Part shown: positions 9,157 through 19,495 of the stretch, piece by piece | Layout of the letters: each line of letters opens with the position of its first letter | Position numbering within the stretch: the first letter of the stretch is position 1 | Assembly: GCA_036574205.1 (NCBI GenBank) | Contig: JAINCQ010000018.1 | Location: 64,001-128,000 of the forward strand | Reading direction: 5' to 3' | DNA length: 64,000 nt | Origin: Elusimicrobiota bacterium | GTDB taxonomy: Bacteria; Elusimicrobiota; Elusimicrobia; Elusimicrobiales; UBA9959 | Position numbers and translations under genes: made by a program | The notes under the pieces: model-generated | The model's input: the letters and a program-made list of their open reading frames with translations, nothing else | Databases searched by the model: none | What the model was told of the DNA's origin: nothing

Positions 9157-11259
9157 CTATTTTTTCAGAAGGATTTTCCTTGAAAGTTTTATTTTGCCAG
9201 TATCATCCATATCTATAACCTTTACATCAACAATATCTCCTACTTTTAAAACATCTTCAACTTTTCTTATTCTTTTATTATCTATCTCTGAAATATGAAG
9301 AAGTCCTATCTTTCCGGGCAAAATTTCAATAAGCGCTCCAAAATCTCTTATTTCAACAACCTTTCCTTTATATACTTTTCCATTTTCTACCTCTTCTACA
9401 ATTGATTCTACCATTATCTTTGCCTGTTCTATTGCCTTCTGGTCTGAACCTGAGATAAAAACATAGCCATCGTCGTTTATTTCCACATTTGCCCCCGTGG
9501 CCTCTATTATTCCTTTTATGGTTTTTCCTCCGCTTCCTATTACCATTCCGATTTTTTCTCTTGGGATCATAATCCTGACTATTTTAGGAGCATAACTGGA
9601 TATGCTTGATTTGGGGGCAGGAATTTCTTTTTCCATTAAATCAAGTATATGATTTATTCCTCGTATTGCCTGTTCCATTGCCTGGCTTAATATATTTATT
9701 GGAATCCCTTTTTCAAGTTTAACATCCATCTGAAAAGCGGTTATTCCTTTTCTTGTTCCAGCAAGTTTGAAATCCATATCTCCGAAATGATCTTCCAGTC
9801 CTGCTATATCCGAAAGCACAGCATATCGTTCTTTATCGGTAATCAATCCCATAGCAATTCCAGCGCATGCTGATTTCATTGGTACCCCCGCGTCAAAAAG
9901 CGACAAGGAACCTCCACAAACAGTTGCCATAGAGGAAGAGCCATTTGATTCAAGTATGTCGGAAACTATTCTTATCGTGTATGGAAATTCTTCTTCTGAT
10001 GGAATAAGTGGCAAAAGAGCTCTTTTTGCAAGATTTCCATGCCCTATCTCCCTTCTTGAAGGGCCCCTGTCTGGTTTAATATCTCCTGTTGAAAATCCAG
10101 GAAAGTTATAGTGAAGCATAAACCTGTCAAGAGTTTTTCCCTCAAGTTCATCAAGTATTTGCTGATCTTCCTGGGTTCCTAACGTGGTTGTTGCTATTGT
10201 TTGCGTTTCTCCACGTGTGAAAAGCGCTGATCCATGAGTTCTTGGAAGATATCCTACTTTAATAAATATGTTCCTTATTTCATCATATCTTCGCCCATCT
10301 ATTCTTATCTTCCTTTCAAGGACTATTTCCCTTGATATTTTATAAACTATTTCTTCTATTAAAGTTTTAACCTGATAGGATATTGTTTCATCATCTGGAA
10401 ATATCTCCTTAAATTTTATTGAAAGATTCTCAACTATTGAACTGATTTTCTCATTAGTTTGTTTTTTTGAAGGTGTTGATTCAAGAAAACTTTTTAACTC
10501 TATTTCGATATTTTTTACTTCGTTTCTTATCTCTTCTCTAATTGTAGGAATTTTTACTTCAAATTTATTCTTAGAGATTTTTTTTGCAAAATTTGTTTGC
10601 AATTCACAGAGTTTTTTAATCTCCTGTTGGGCTACTTTCATAGCTTCAAGTATCTCGGAATGAGGGACTTGATTAGCTCCACCTTCTACCATAAGTATGT
10701 TGTCTGATGTTCCAGCCACAACAAGTTCAAGTATAGCATTTTTTCTTTCATCAAATGACGGATTTATGACAAAATCATTTCCAATTTTAGCTATTCTTAC
10801 CGCTCCCACCGGACCATTGAAGGGTATATCTGATATCATAAGAGATAAAGAAGCAGAGTTTATAGAAAGGACATCGGTATCTTTTTCACCGTCGCTTGAA
10901 AGAACCATAGATACTACCTGTGTTTCAGTATTATAATAATCGGGAAAAAGAGGTCTTATGGCTCTGTCGCATAATCTTCCAGCAAGTATTTCTTTCTCTC
11001 TTGGTTTCCCCTCTCTTTTAAAAAATCCTCCAGGTATTTTTCCGGCGGCATAAGTTCTTTCCTTATATTCTACCGTTAATGGCACAAATTCAGGCGGTTC
11101 TGTTCTTGGCTTTGAAGCTGCAACACAAGCGCTTAAAACTATATTATCACCCAGTCTTATAATAGCTGAACCGTTGGCCTGTTTGGCTATTAGCCCGGAT
11201 TCAAAACATATTATATCCCTTCCTATAGGGATTTCCATCCTCGTAATTTTACTCTCCAT
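9157..11259 (-). CDS. pnp: Polyribonucleotide nucleotidyltransferase
   Basis: AAGKIPGGFFKREG, RREIGHG, ESNGSSSMA, GDMDFK; KH and S1 domains. Confidence 0.98.
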   Translation of the reverse strand: MESKITRMEIPIGRDIICFESGLIAKQANGSAIIRLGDNIVLSACVAASKPRTEPPEFVPLTVEYKERTYAAGKIPGGFFKREGKPREKEILAGRLCDRAIRPLFPDYYNTETQVVSMVLSSDGEKDTDVLSINSASLSLMISDIPFNGPVGAVRIAKIGNDFVINPSFDERKNAILELVVAGTSDNILMVEGGANQVPHSEILEAMKVAQQEIKKLCELQTNFAKKISKNKFEVKIPTIREEIRNEVKNIEIELKSFLESTPSKKQTNEKISSIVENLSIKFKEIFPDDETISYQVKTLIEEIVYKISREIVLERKIRIDGRRYDEIRNIFIKVGYLPRTHGSALFTRGETQTIATTTLGTQEDQQILDELEGKTLDRFMLHYNFPGFSTGDIKPDRGPSRREIGHGNLAKRALLPLIPSEEEFPYTIRIVSDILESNGSSSMATVCGGSLSLFDAGVPMKSACAGIAMGLITDKERYAVLSDIAGLEDHFGDMDFKLAGTRKGITAFQMDVKLEKGIPINILSQAMEQAIRGINHILDLMEKEIPAPKSSISSYAPKIVRIMIPREKIGMVIGSGGKTIKGIIEATGANVEINDDGYVFISGSDQKAIEQAKIMVESIVEEVENGKVYKGKVVEIRDFGALIEILPGKIGLLHISEIDNKRIRKVEDVLKVGDIVDVKVIDMDDTGKIKLSRKILLKK

Positions 11260-11262
11260 AAT

Positions 11263-11532
11263 TTATTTCCTTAAACCAAGTTGTTCAACAATTTTTTTGT
11301 ATTCTTCTTTGGAATTTTTTTCAAGATATGAAAGAAGTCCCTTTCTTCTTGATATCAATATAGAAAGGGTTCTTTTTGAACTGAAATCCTTAGGTCTGGT
11401 GGATAAATGTTGGGATAGATGGTTTATTCTTTCTGTAAGAATAGCTATCTGAACTTGAGGGGAACCACTGTCCTTGGAATTTTTTCCATATTTTTCAATT
11501 ATTTTGTTATTTTCTATTTTTGTTGTTGACAT
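11263..11532 (-). CDS. rpsO: 30S ribosomal protein S15
   Basis: DSGSPQVQIAILTERINHL...LGLRK; upstream of pnp. Confidence 0.97.
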   Translation of the reverse strand: MSTTKIENNKIIEKYGKNSKDSGSPQVQIAILTERINHLSQHLSTRPKDFSSKRTLSILISRRKGLLSYLEKNSKEEYKKIVEQLGLRK

Positions 11533-11563
11533 AATGCACCTCTTTTTCTAATTTCGATTAAAA

Positions 11564-11607
11564 ATCTGAACACCTCCACTTACTTAATATATAAGCGGAT
11601 TTCAAAC
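11564..11607 (-). promoter_or_regulatory. Candidate rpsO 5'-leader hairpin
   Basis: GUUUGAA...CCGCUUAU-loop-GUAAGUGG...UUCAGAU, lying between TGtTATAAT (11632-11624) and the rpsO SD. Confidence 0.45.
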
Positions 11608-11705
11608 AACTGCTTATAGATTTATTATAACAAAAAAAAGTCAAAACTGCAAAATTAATTTGATTTTTTTGAAGAAAATATGTATATTTTATATAGGAGG
11701 ATACA

Positions 11706-12167
11706 ATGAGTAAAGTAAAAGTATTTGTTAGTACATTGCTTCTTTCTGCTTCTTTTTCCTTGAACCTTCTGGCTTTTGAAGGTGCTTTTAAAAATACAGC
11801 ATCTTCTGGAAAATCAGTCACTTTAAGCGGATATCTGTCTTTAAGTGGCTTGGCATATGTTCCTTCCAATAATAGTTATGTAACTGCTTATCTTAATGGC
11901 TGGCTATCAATGAGAGATTCATCTGGAAATTATTATACCAATAACACTTATCTTAACGTTCAGGTGAGTTTTTGGGCATCTTCAAATTATGTCTATACAA
12001 CCGCTTATCCAAATACCTATTTGACTGTTTATAATAAGGAAGGTAAAGTTGTAGGTTCTGGATATTTAAATCAGGGAATTGGTGTAAGTGGATGGATAAA
12101 CGGAAATTATGTTAATCTTAACGGCTCAGGTTATGTCTCAATGACTGTTTATGTGAACGAAGATTGA
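11706..12167 (+). CDS. Secreted beta-rich hypothetical protein
   Basis: AGGAGG SD, signal peptide, Y/N/S/G/V-rich mature part. Confidence 0.75.
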   Translation: MSKVKVFVSTLLLSASFSLNLLAFEGAFKNTASSGKSVTLSGYLSLSGLAYVPSNNSYVTAYLNGWLSMRDSSGNYYTNNTYLNVQVSFWASSNYVYTTAYPNTYLTVYNKEGKVVGSGYLNQGIGVSGWINGNYVNLNGSGYVSMTVYVNED

Positions 12168-12261
12168 ATTTTTTAAGTTTATAATTTTATAATAAAGAAT
12201 TATCTAAATCTAACTCATTTTGAGATATGTGTATTTTAAAATATTTTAGCAGGGAGTTTTT

Positions 12262-13707
12262 ATGAGTGAAATTTCTGCGATCATGAATAAAAGCAAAAAA
12301 AATTTTACAAAGCAAGATATTGTAAAGTTTATAAAAAAAAGGGGTATAAGAGTCGTTAATTTCAGATATATTGCTTCAGATGGAAGGCTTAAAACTCTTA
12401 ATATTCCAGCATCGGATCCGAAACATCTTGATAGAATACTTTCCTGTGGAGAGCGAGTTGATGGTTCAAGCCTGTTTAAAGATATAGATCCATCTTCAAG
12501 CGATCTTTATATTGTGCCTATTTATTCTACTATTTTTGAAAACCCATTTTCTGAGATTCCTGGTGTAGATATAATTTGCAATTTTTTTAACAAAAATGGA
12601 TCGCTTTTTGAATCTGCGCCTGATAATATTTTAAGAAAAGCGCAGAGAAAATTTGAAGAAATAACGGGGTATGAAATAAAAATGTTTGGAGAGCTAGAAT
12701 ATTATGTTATATCCCCTAGAAACGAGTTATATCCGATGAGAGCTCAAAAAGGCTATCATGAAAGCTATCCTTTTAATAAATGGGAGAATTTGAGAGTTAA
12801 TGCTATGCATTTAATTCAAAATGTTGGAGCTTCAGTTAAATATGCTCACAGTGAGGTCGGATTTATAAGAACTGAGGACAGGGAGATGAGTCAAAATGAA
12901 ATAGAGTTTCTACCTGAGTCTCCTTTAGATAGCGCCTATCATCTTCTTATTGCAAAATGGATTCTTCATTCTTTAGGTAATAAATATGGAGTTATAATTA
13001 GTTTTGCCCCAAAAATTTCTATAGGACATGCAGGTTCAGGTCTCCATATACATAGTTGTATTTATAAAAATGGAAAAAATGTTATGATAAAGAATAACGT
13101 TCTTTCGGATGAAGCTTTAAAACTTATAGCGGGTTTTCTGCGCATTGCCAGATCAGCTACCGCCTTTGGAAACACTCTTCCAACATCTTATCTCAGGCTT
13201 GTCCCAAATCAGGAAGCTCCTGTTAAGATTTCATGGGGGTATAGAAACAGAAATGCTCTCATAAGAGTCCCATTGGGATGGGATGTTAGAAAGGATATGT
13301 CTAGTGAGATAAACCCTGGTGTGGTGCCTAAGTTATATTCTCATTCTCAGACAATAGAATTTAGATCGGGAGACGGTTCTGCCAATATACCGCTTTATCT
13401 TGCTTCTCTTATATGCGGTGCCATTAAAGGATTTTCTATGAAGGAATATAAAGAAATAGTTGATTCTCATTTCGTAGATGAAACAGTTAAAAAAGAGTTT
13501 GAGCCTCTTCCTTCTTCCTGTAATGAATCTGCATCACAATTGCTTAGGGAAAGGAAACTGTATGAAGAAAACTCAATTTTTCCCCCAAAACTCATAGATT
13601 CGGTCGCAAAAAAACTTCATTCTTATGATGATGCAAATTTGAGTGAGAAACTTTATGGTAAGGAAGAAGATATAAAAAAACTTGTTGAACAATATCTTTA
13701 TTGTTAG
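12262..13707 (+). CDS. glnA: Glutamine synthetase (type I family)
   Basis: VDGSS, ELEYY, HSEVG, QNEIEF, GSGLHIH, SYLRLVPNQEAP, NRNALIRVP, IEFRSGD. Confidence 0.9.
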   Translation: MSEISAIMNKSKKNFTKQDIVKFIKKRGIRVVNFRYIASDGRLKTLNIPASDPKHLDRILSCGERVDGSSLFKDIDPSSSDLYIVPIYSTIFENPFSEIPGVDIICNFFNKNGSLFESAPDNILRKAQRKFEEITGYEIKMFGELEYYVISPRNELYPMRAQKGYHESYPFNKWENLRVNAMHLIQNVGASVKYAHSEVGFIRTEDREMSQNEIEFLPESPLDSAYHLLIAKWILHSLGNKYGVIISFAPKISIGHAGSGLHIHSCIYKNGKNVMIKNNVLSDEALKLIAGFLRIARSATAFGNTLPTSYLRLVPNQEAPVKISWGYRNRNALIRVPLGWDVRKDMSSEINPGVVPKLYSHSQTIEFRSGDGSANIPLYLASLICGAIKGFSMKEYKEIVDSHFVDETVKKEFEPLPSSCNESASQLLRERKLYEENSIFPPKLIDSVAKKLHSYDDANLSEKLYGKEEDIKKLVEQYLYC

Positions 13708-13716
13708 GAGTTTTGA

Positions 13717-14886
13717 TTGCTTTTTTCTTTTAATTTTAAAAAAACTATTTTTTTGCTTTTATCTCTATTTCTTCTGATAATTTTAACGGCTATTTATTTG
13801 ATAAAAAAGGAAAAGATATCTACCATAATAGAAGATAAAAAGTTTAATTATCTTGAAGGGAATTTTGCAACTACACTTGAAAAAGAGTTGATTAGAAAAA
13901 ATGTTCAAAGATCAGATATAAATGGAATAATAAAAGCATATTCAGGTAATTTAGATTTTAAAAAGCTTGGTGAAAAGGATGATTATCTTATAACTCTTTC
14001 AAGCTCTGGAAATTTTATTTCAATGATAATAGATAAAGGTGAAACTTCTTATTCGGTTTTTAAATCAACTGATGGGTTTTTCAGTTTTCAAAAATCTGAA
14101 AATACAGTAAGGTTAACCACATACTCAGTTGAAGGAGAGATTAAAAGCGTTTTATGGAACTCAATGGTTGCAAAAAAGATACCAAGTGATATAATTTTAA
14201 ATTTTGCGGATATTTTTGCATGGCAGATAGATTTTTTGACTGAGGTTAGAGATGGAGATAGGTTTAAGGTGGTATATTATGTCAAAGAAAATCTTAAAGG
14301 AAAAGTTATAGAAAGAAAAGTTATAGGTGGAGTTTATGATGGAGTTGAGACTGGAAAGAATATAATGATTTACTTTAAAGGTGAATATTATAATGAAAAA
14401 GGTGAAGGAGCAAAATCAATGTTTTTAAAAGCGCCATTACAATATAGAAGAATATCATCCTATTTTACCTATAAACGTTTTCATCCAGTATTAAGATATG
14501 TAAGACCTCATCTTGGAATTGATTATGCTGCGCCAACTGGCACGCCGGTTTCAGCAGTGGCTGATGGAGTTGTGGTATATAAGGGATGGAATGGAGGATA
14601 TGGAAATTTTATTGAGATAAAACACAGTATGGGATATAGCACATCATATGGACATCTTTCAAGATATGCAAAAAATATATATGTTGGGAAAAAAGTAAAA
14701 CAGGGGGAGGTTATAGGATATGTTGGCGCAACCGGACTTGCTACAGGCCCCCATCTTGATTTCAGGATAAAGCAAGGTAATACGTTTATAAATTATTTGA
14801 AGATGAAAAGAAGAACAAATGTAAACCTTGACAAAAAATATCTCCCTGATCTTGAAAAAGCAATAAAAGATTTAGGACTGATTTAA
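13717..14886 (+). CDS. M23 family peptidoglycan DD-endopeptidase (MepM/Csd3-like)
   Basis: N-terminal TM helix; HLGIDYAA, YGHL and ATGPHLDF zinc motifs. Confidence 0.92.
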   Translation: MLFSFNFKKTIFLLLSLFLLIILTAIYLIKKEKISTIIEDKKFNYLEGNFATTLEKELIRKNVQRSDINGIIKAYSGNLDFKKLGEKDDYLITLSSSGNFISMIIDKGETSYSVFKSTDGFFSFQKSENTVRLTTYSVEGEIKSVLWNSMVAKKIPSDIILNFADIFAWQIDFLTEVRDGDRFKVVYYVKENLKGKVIERKVIGGVYDGVETGKNIMIYFKGEYYNEKGEGAKSMFLKAPLQYRRISSYFTYKRFHPVLRYVRPHLGIDYAAPTGTPVSAVADGVVVYKGWNGGYGNFIEIKHSMGYSTSYGHLSRYAKNIYVGKKVKQGEVIGYVGATGLATGPHLDFRIKQGNTFINYLKMKRRTNVNLDKKYLPDLEKAIKDLGLI

Positions 14887-14966
14887 AAAATATTATAAAA
14901 TTCTGATATATTAATACTTTGTCTTTTTAACTTTATATGATTTAATTGCGAATTTATCTAAATTTT

Positions 14967-15359
14967 CTACTCTTTATTTTTTTCTTGAATCAAGTTACCC
15001 ATGAGTCCTGTTATAATTGCTGTAAGCGCTTTTTCTTCATCTTTGCCATTAATTTCAAGAGTTAGTTTAAGTTCCCGCTGTTCATAATCCGCTTTATCTA
15101 GCTCTTTAAGAATTTTTTCAAAATTTATTTCTTTTTCATATTTAACAGGAGAAGTTTTTTTCCTCTCTTTTAGATAGATAATACTAAATATATCTATCAA
15201 GCTCATCAAGTCTTTGGCGTCTCTTTTTGGATTATTTTCGTCTGGAACTATAACATAAATTTTTGATTCATAATTGTTTGCAATATTTGAAAGTTTGGCA
15301 AAAAATTGACACCAACAAGATTCATATTTTAGTTTGAAGTTAAATTCTCTTATAATCAT
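14967..15359 (-). CDS. Degenerate HPr-like protein
   Basis: ANNYESKIYV, DAKDLMSLI and LEINGKDEEKALTAI align with HPr. His15 and Ser46 are absent and there is an insertion of roughly 40 aa. Confidence 0.6.
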   Translation of the reverse strand: MIIREFNFKLKYESCWCQFFAKLSNIANNYESKIYVIVPDENNPKRDAKDLMSLIDIFSIIYLKERKKTSPVKYEKEINFEKILKELDKADYEQRELKLTLEINGKDEEKALTAIITGLMGNLIQEKNKE

Positions 15360-15505
15360 AAATTAATTTTTATTTTACTATTTTAACAATATAAATAAAA
15401 TATTTCATATACCATTTTCTAAAGTGTTAAATCTTATTTTTAAAACATTTGAAAAATAATTTTATATTTTCCCCTCTAATTTATTATAAGTTATGAGCTA
15501 TTAAA

Positions 15506-16033
15506 TTAATTCAGAACCTTATTTATAGCTTCCTCTATACTATTGTTGTATTGTCTATCATACCCTGCCCATACCTTGAAAAGATTATGCGATTTATCAA
15601 GAAGATAAATGAATGGTACACCCGCAATACCATAGTTTTTAGCCGTTTCTCTCCCATTATATGCTAATCTAAAACTAATGTTATTTTCTTTTGCAAACTC
15701 CTGGGGGCTTGATTTATCATCCCTCGTTGAAATGCCTATAACAGCAAGCCCTTTTTCATTATATTTTTCATGCAAAGATTCAATATAAGGCGCAGCTTTT
15801 TTACAGTATGGGCATGTTTCGGTAAAAAACATAACAAGAACTGGTTTGCCTTTATAATCTTCTAATTTTATTTCACCCCCCTTGTAATCAGGAAGTCTAA
15901 AATAAAAATCGGTCTTTACGTAATCTGCTTGTTGTAACTGTGTGCCTTTATTTGTAGCAATTTCCATTTCCTTCTTTTTGCAGGAAAAAAGAAATGGAAT
16001 AACGACCGAGATTATTAAAAGTGTTTTCTTCAC
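15506..16033 (-). CDS. TlpA/ResA-like thioredoxin-fold lipoprotein
   Basis: Lipobox LFSC, CPYC active site, cis-Pro loop GVP. Confidence 0.88.
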   Translation of the reverse strand: MKKTLLIISVVIPFLFSCKKKEMEIATNKGTQLQQADYVKTDFYFRLPDYKGGEIKLEDYKGKPVLVMFFTETCPYCKKAAPYIESLHEKYNEKGLAVIGISTRDDKSSPQEFAKENNISFRLAYNGRETAKNYGIAGVPFIYLLDKSHNLFKVWAGYDRQYNNSIEEAINKVLN

Positions 16034-16068
16034 TTTTCCTCCTTAATTAAATCTAAAACTTGTTAATA

Positions 16069-17310
16069 TTATTTTAGCATTTTATAAGCCAGCCACAAAG
16101 CAGTATTGGCTGATGCCTGCTTTATAAATTTTCTATCACCTTTAAAAAATCTTTTTTCTACAAATATTTTTTTGTCTGACACGACACTAAAATAAACAAG
16201 TCCAACCGGTTTATTTTTTGTCCCTCCGCCTGGACCAGCAATTCCAGTGATTGAAATAGCATAATCTGATTTAAATATTTTTTTTGCATTCTCTGCCATT
16301 TCAATAGCGGTTTCTTTTGAGACTGCTCCATATTTTTTGAGTGTTTTTTTATTTACTTTGAGTAGCTTATGTTTTATATCATTTGAGTAAGCATTTATTG
16401 AGCCAAGGTAATAAGCAGAACTTCCAGAAATATCTGTAATTTTACTGCTTGTAAGTCCACCAGTGCATGATTCTGCCAGTGAGATGGTTTTCTTTTTTTT
16501 AGCAAGAAGTTTGCCAAGATTTTCTTCTATAGTTTCATCACCATATCCATATATGTTATTCTTCAATTTTTCTTGTATTTCTTTTCTGGCTTTTTTATAT
16601 GCGAGATAATTATAGGAAAATATTGAAAATTCACATATGTTTGCGCCCGCCAATACCGTGAAATTTACTTCTTTATATTTATTAATTGTGTCCTGAACAA
16701 GATTTTGAACTTCCATTTCTTTTAGATCTGCTATCTTAAACCTTTGTGTATAGAGATTGCCTGAGTTAAATTCTTTTTTTAAAAATTCTTTTATTTTTTT
16801 CTCCCACATTTCTTCCCATTCCCTTCTTGGTCCTGGTAAAATTATAAATATTTTTTTCCTCCATTTTAATATTTCACCAAATGCTGTTCCATTATGATTT
16901 TCAATAAGTTTAGCTCCTTTTATAAAATAGCATTGATTTAAAAAATTTTCAGGAAGTTTTGAAATATTGTATCTTGACTTTAAAAAAAACTCTATTTTAT
17001 GTGAAAAAACAAGTGGTTTATTAGTAATTTCAGAAATCGCCTGTCTTGTCATATCATCAAATGTTGGTCCTAGTCCTCCACAGATTATAATCATATCGGT
17101 TTTATTAAAAGCATATTTAATGGCGGATTTAATCTCATTCAGATTATCAGGTGTTGTTATTTCACCTTTTAAAATAATTCCTATTTCTTTAAGTTTTTGT
17201 GAGAAGACCGGAGAATACTGGTTGACTTTAAAATTAAGTAATTCGCTTCCAACTGCCACAAGAAACGCAGTTTTAACTTTATTTGATTTGTATTTCTTTT
17301 TAAAAAACAT
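16069..17310 (-). CDS. cinA: CinA family protein (molybdopterin-binding-like domain + NMN deamidase PncC domain)
   Basis: AVGSELL, GGLGPTFDDMT, LPGP, AESCTGGL, ITGIAGPGGG. Confidence 0.92.
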   Translation of the reverse strand: MFFKKKYKSNKVKTAFLVAVGSELLNFKVNQYSPVFSQKLKEIGIILKGEITTPDNLNEIKSAIKYAFNKTDMIIICGGLGPTFDDMTRQAISEITNKPLVFSHKIEFFLKSRYNISKLPENFLNQCYFIKGAKLIENHNGTAFGEILKWRKKIFIILPGPRREWEEMWEKKIKEFLKKEFNSGNLYTQRFKIADLKEMEVQNLVQDTINKYKEVNFTVLAGANICEFSIFSYNYLAYKKARKEIQEKLKNNIYGYGDETIEENLGKLLAKKKKTISLAESCTGGLTSSKITDISGSSAYYLGSINAYSNDIKHKLLKVNKKTLKKYGAVSKETAIEMAENAKKIFKSDYAISITGIAGPGGGTKNKPVGLVYFSVVSDKKIFVEKRFFKGDRKFIKQASANTALWLAYKMLK

Positions 17311-17357
17311 ATTTAGTAAAAATATTATATCATTTATCCGGAATAATAAGTATTGTG

Positions 17358-17612
17358 TGTAAGATATCTATACATACCTGTCTGCGTGCCTGCCTGAGCG
17401 AAGACACTCGCAGTCAGGCGGACACGCACAGGCAGGTTGGAGTTTTTATGAGTTTCACCCTCATCCTTCACCTTCCCCCGTTAAGGGGGAAGGGATTTTA
17501 ACACTCATTTATGCCATTTTCTATTTTAAAGAGCCTCTATCTTCCTGCTACACGAATTTCTTTCTCCTTTTTTGGAGAGGGTTAGAGTGAGGAAATTTAA
17601 GGGAGAAGGGAA
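17358..17612 (+). repeat. Composite palindromic repeat, copy 2 (left flank of pel operon)
   Basis: TGTAAGATATCTATACAT, 62-bp hairpin at 17376-17437, CCTTCCCCC/GGGGGAAGG hairpin and GGAGAGGGTTAGAGTGAGG. Confidence 0.9.
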
Positions 17613-17741
17613 TTCAGAATTCAAAAGCAAATTAGTTATTCTAATGTTTTCTCCTTTGTCAAATTTACTTAGAAAATAAACAATCTATATATTTTGTATA
17701 ATTATATTGTAAGTGATATTTGAAAATGCTAAGGAGAAAAA

Positions 17742-18233
17742 ATGAAAAAAATATTTATATTATCGAGCTTTTTAATTGTTTCATGTTCTTCATTTAAAAA
17801 CATATCAAAAGTTCCACAAATCGATAAAACTGAAAAAATTGCAGTATTGCCTTTTGTAAATAATAGCGAAACACCATTATCAGGATTGAAAGCTAAAAAT
17901 ATGGTTGAAAATGAATTATATTACAAAAAATTTAATTTATCTACGTTTGAAGAAATGAAAGGTAGTGATAGTTTTTCTGAAAAAGATGTGTATGAGGCGA
18001 TAATCTCTTTGAAAAACAAAGTTAGATATGTATTTTATGGATATGTAAATGAATGGAGATATAAAGCCGGAGTAGATGCTGAACCGGCTGTTAGCATTAC
18101 AATAAATTTATATGATATAAAAAATGAAAAAGTTATATGGAGCGCTTCAGGCTCAAAAAATATGTCTTCATATAACTCCACAGGACTTACTGCGCAAAAA
18201 CTCATAAAAAAACTTATGAGTCCTATTAGATGA
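17742..18233 (+). CDS. pelC: Pel outer-membrane lipoprotein PelC
   Basis: Lipobox IVSC; AVLPFVNNSETP and EWRYKAGVDAEPAV signatures. Confidence 0.88.
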   Translation: MKKIFILSSFLIVSCSSFKNISKVPQIDKTEKIAVLPFVNNSETPLSGLKAKNMVENELYYKKFNLSTFEEMKGSDSFSEKDVYEAIISLKNKVRYVFYGYVNEWRYKAGVDAEPAVSITINLYDIKNEKVIWSASGSKNMSSYNSTGLTAQKLIKKLMSPIR

Positions 18234-19495
18234 GAAAATTTAGAATTTTTTCAGAAATTTCCATTTTAGGATTAATATTTGAGTTATTACTTATATCTTT
18301 TGTTTTTTTTTCAATAGGATATATTTCAAATAAAGCTGATCCTTTACTGATTAATTCGGAAATAAACATACTTTTAATATTGATTTGTGTTATCACACTT
18401 TTTTATGGTCTTTTTTCGGGAGTCATAGTAATGGCAGTTGTAGGCTTTGGACTTTACTATTTTTATAAGCCTTTTCCATACAATTATTTCGTAAATAATC
18501 TTTTTTTTATGCTTATATTTTCAGAATTTCATTTTTTCTGGAATAGAACTATTAAAAAATTAGAAAAGCAAAATAAATATACAGAATTAAAGCTTGGAGA
18601 ATTAACCAGAAATTTTTATGCACTAAAATTATCTCACGATCAACTTGAAAAAAGCTATATACTTAAACCAAACAGTCTTAGAAACACATTACAACAAATA
18701 AAAAATCTTTATTTAAATAATGATTCTGTTTCATATGAAGAATTGCTGACAATAATATCTAAAAATTATGGCATAAAAAAAGCTTCTCTTTATCTATATA
18801 AAAACGGCAATTATGAAAATGTTTCCAGCCTTGGAGATAAAAAAACTTTAAACAAAGATAGCAGGGTTTTTAAAGATGCTATTGAAACAATGTCTCCTTC
18901 TTATTTGTCTAAATTTGAAGACCTCAAATTGGATTATCTATGTGTTATACCATCATATGATTCAAACGAAAATTTAAGGATGCTACTTGTTATTGAAGAT
19001 ATGCAATTTTTGCAATTTAATAAAGATACAATTTTTTCAATATGGGTTATACTAAACTATTTTTCAGATTTTATTTCACATATATCTTTAGCAGAAGAAA
19101 TGATCAGAAAATATTCACAATGCCCCTCTAATCTTTTAGTTGAAATTAAAAGACTTGCTAATATAAGAAAAAAATTGGAACTTAAAAGTCTCATACTTAT
19201 GATAAAAGTTAATAAAACAGGGGTATCGATAGATGATATAATTTTTCTTATTTCAAAAAATCTTAGAGGAATGGACATAATATGTTATAAAAACAATATG
19301 ATTTTTATATTATTTCCTCTTGTATCTTATTCAAATATACAACCTGTAATAGAAAAAATAGAAAATCAGATATTAGAGAGATTTTCTTTCGGCAAAGAAA
19401 GTTTTTCATATAAAGTGCTTGAAGTTTTAGACGATCCATATAAAACTGCGGATTATATTTTAGGAATAATACAAAAAGAAAATGAATCCAGGTAA
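18230..19495 (+). CDS. pelD: PelD-like c-di-GMP receptor (TM + GAF + degenerate GGDEF)
   Basis: Four TM helices, LKLSHDQLE coiled coil, RxxD inhibitory site (RGMD), no GGDEF catalytic motif. Confidence 0.82.
   Translation: MRKFRIFSEISILGLIFELLLISFVFFSIGYISNKADPLLINSEINILLILICVITLFYGLFSGVIVMAVVGFGLYYFYKPFPYNYFVNNLFFMLIFSEFHFFWNRTIKKLEKQNKYTELKLGELTRNFYALKLSHDQLEKSYILKPNSLRNTLQQIKNLYLNNDSVSYEELLTIISKNYGIKKASLYLYKNGNYENVSSLGDKKTLNKDSRVFKDAIETMSPSYLSKFEDLKLDYLCVIPSYDSNENLRMLLVIEDMQFLQFNKDTIFSIWVILNYFSDFISHISLAEEMIRKYSQCPSNLLVEIKRLANIRKKLELKSLILMIKVNKTGVSIDDIIFLISKNLRGMDIICYKNNMIFILFPLVSYSNIQPVIEKIENQILERFSFGKESFSYKVLEVLDDPYKTADYILGIIQKENESR

Noticed and set aside
11558..11869. 103-aa minus-strand ORF
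   Set aside because: Shadow of the SD-supported plus-strand gene, and it crosses the rpsO promoter.
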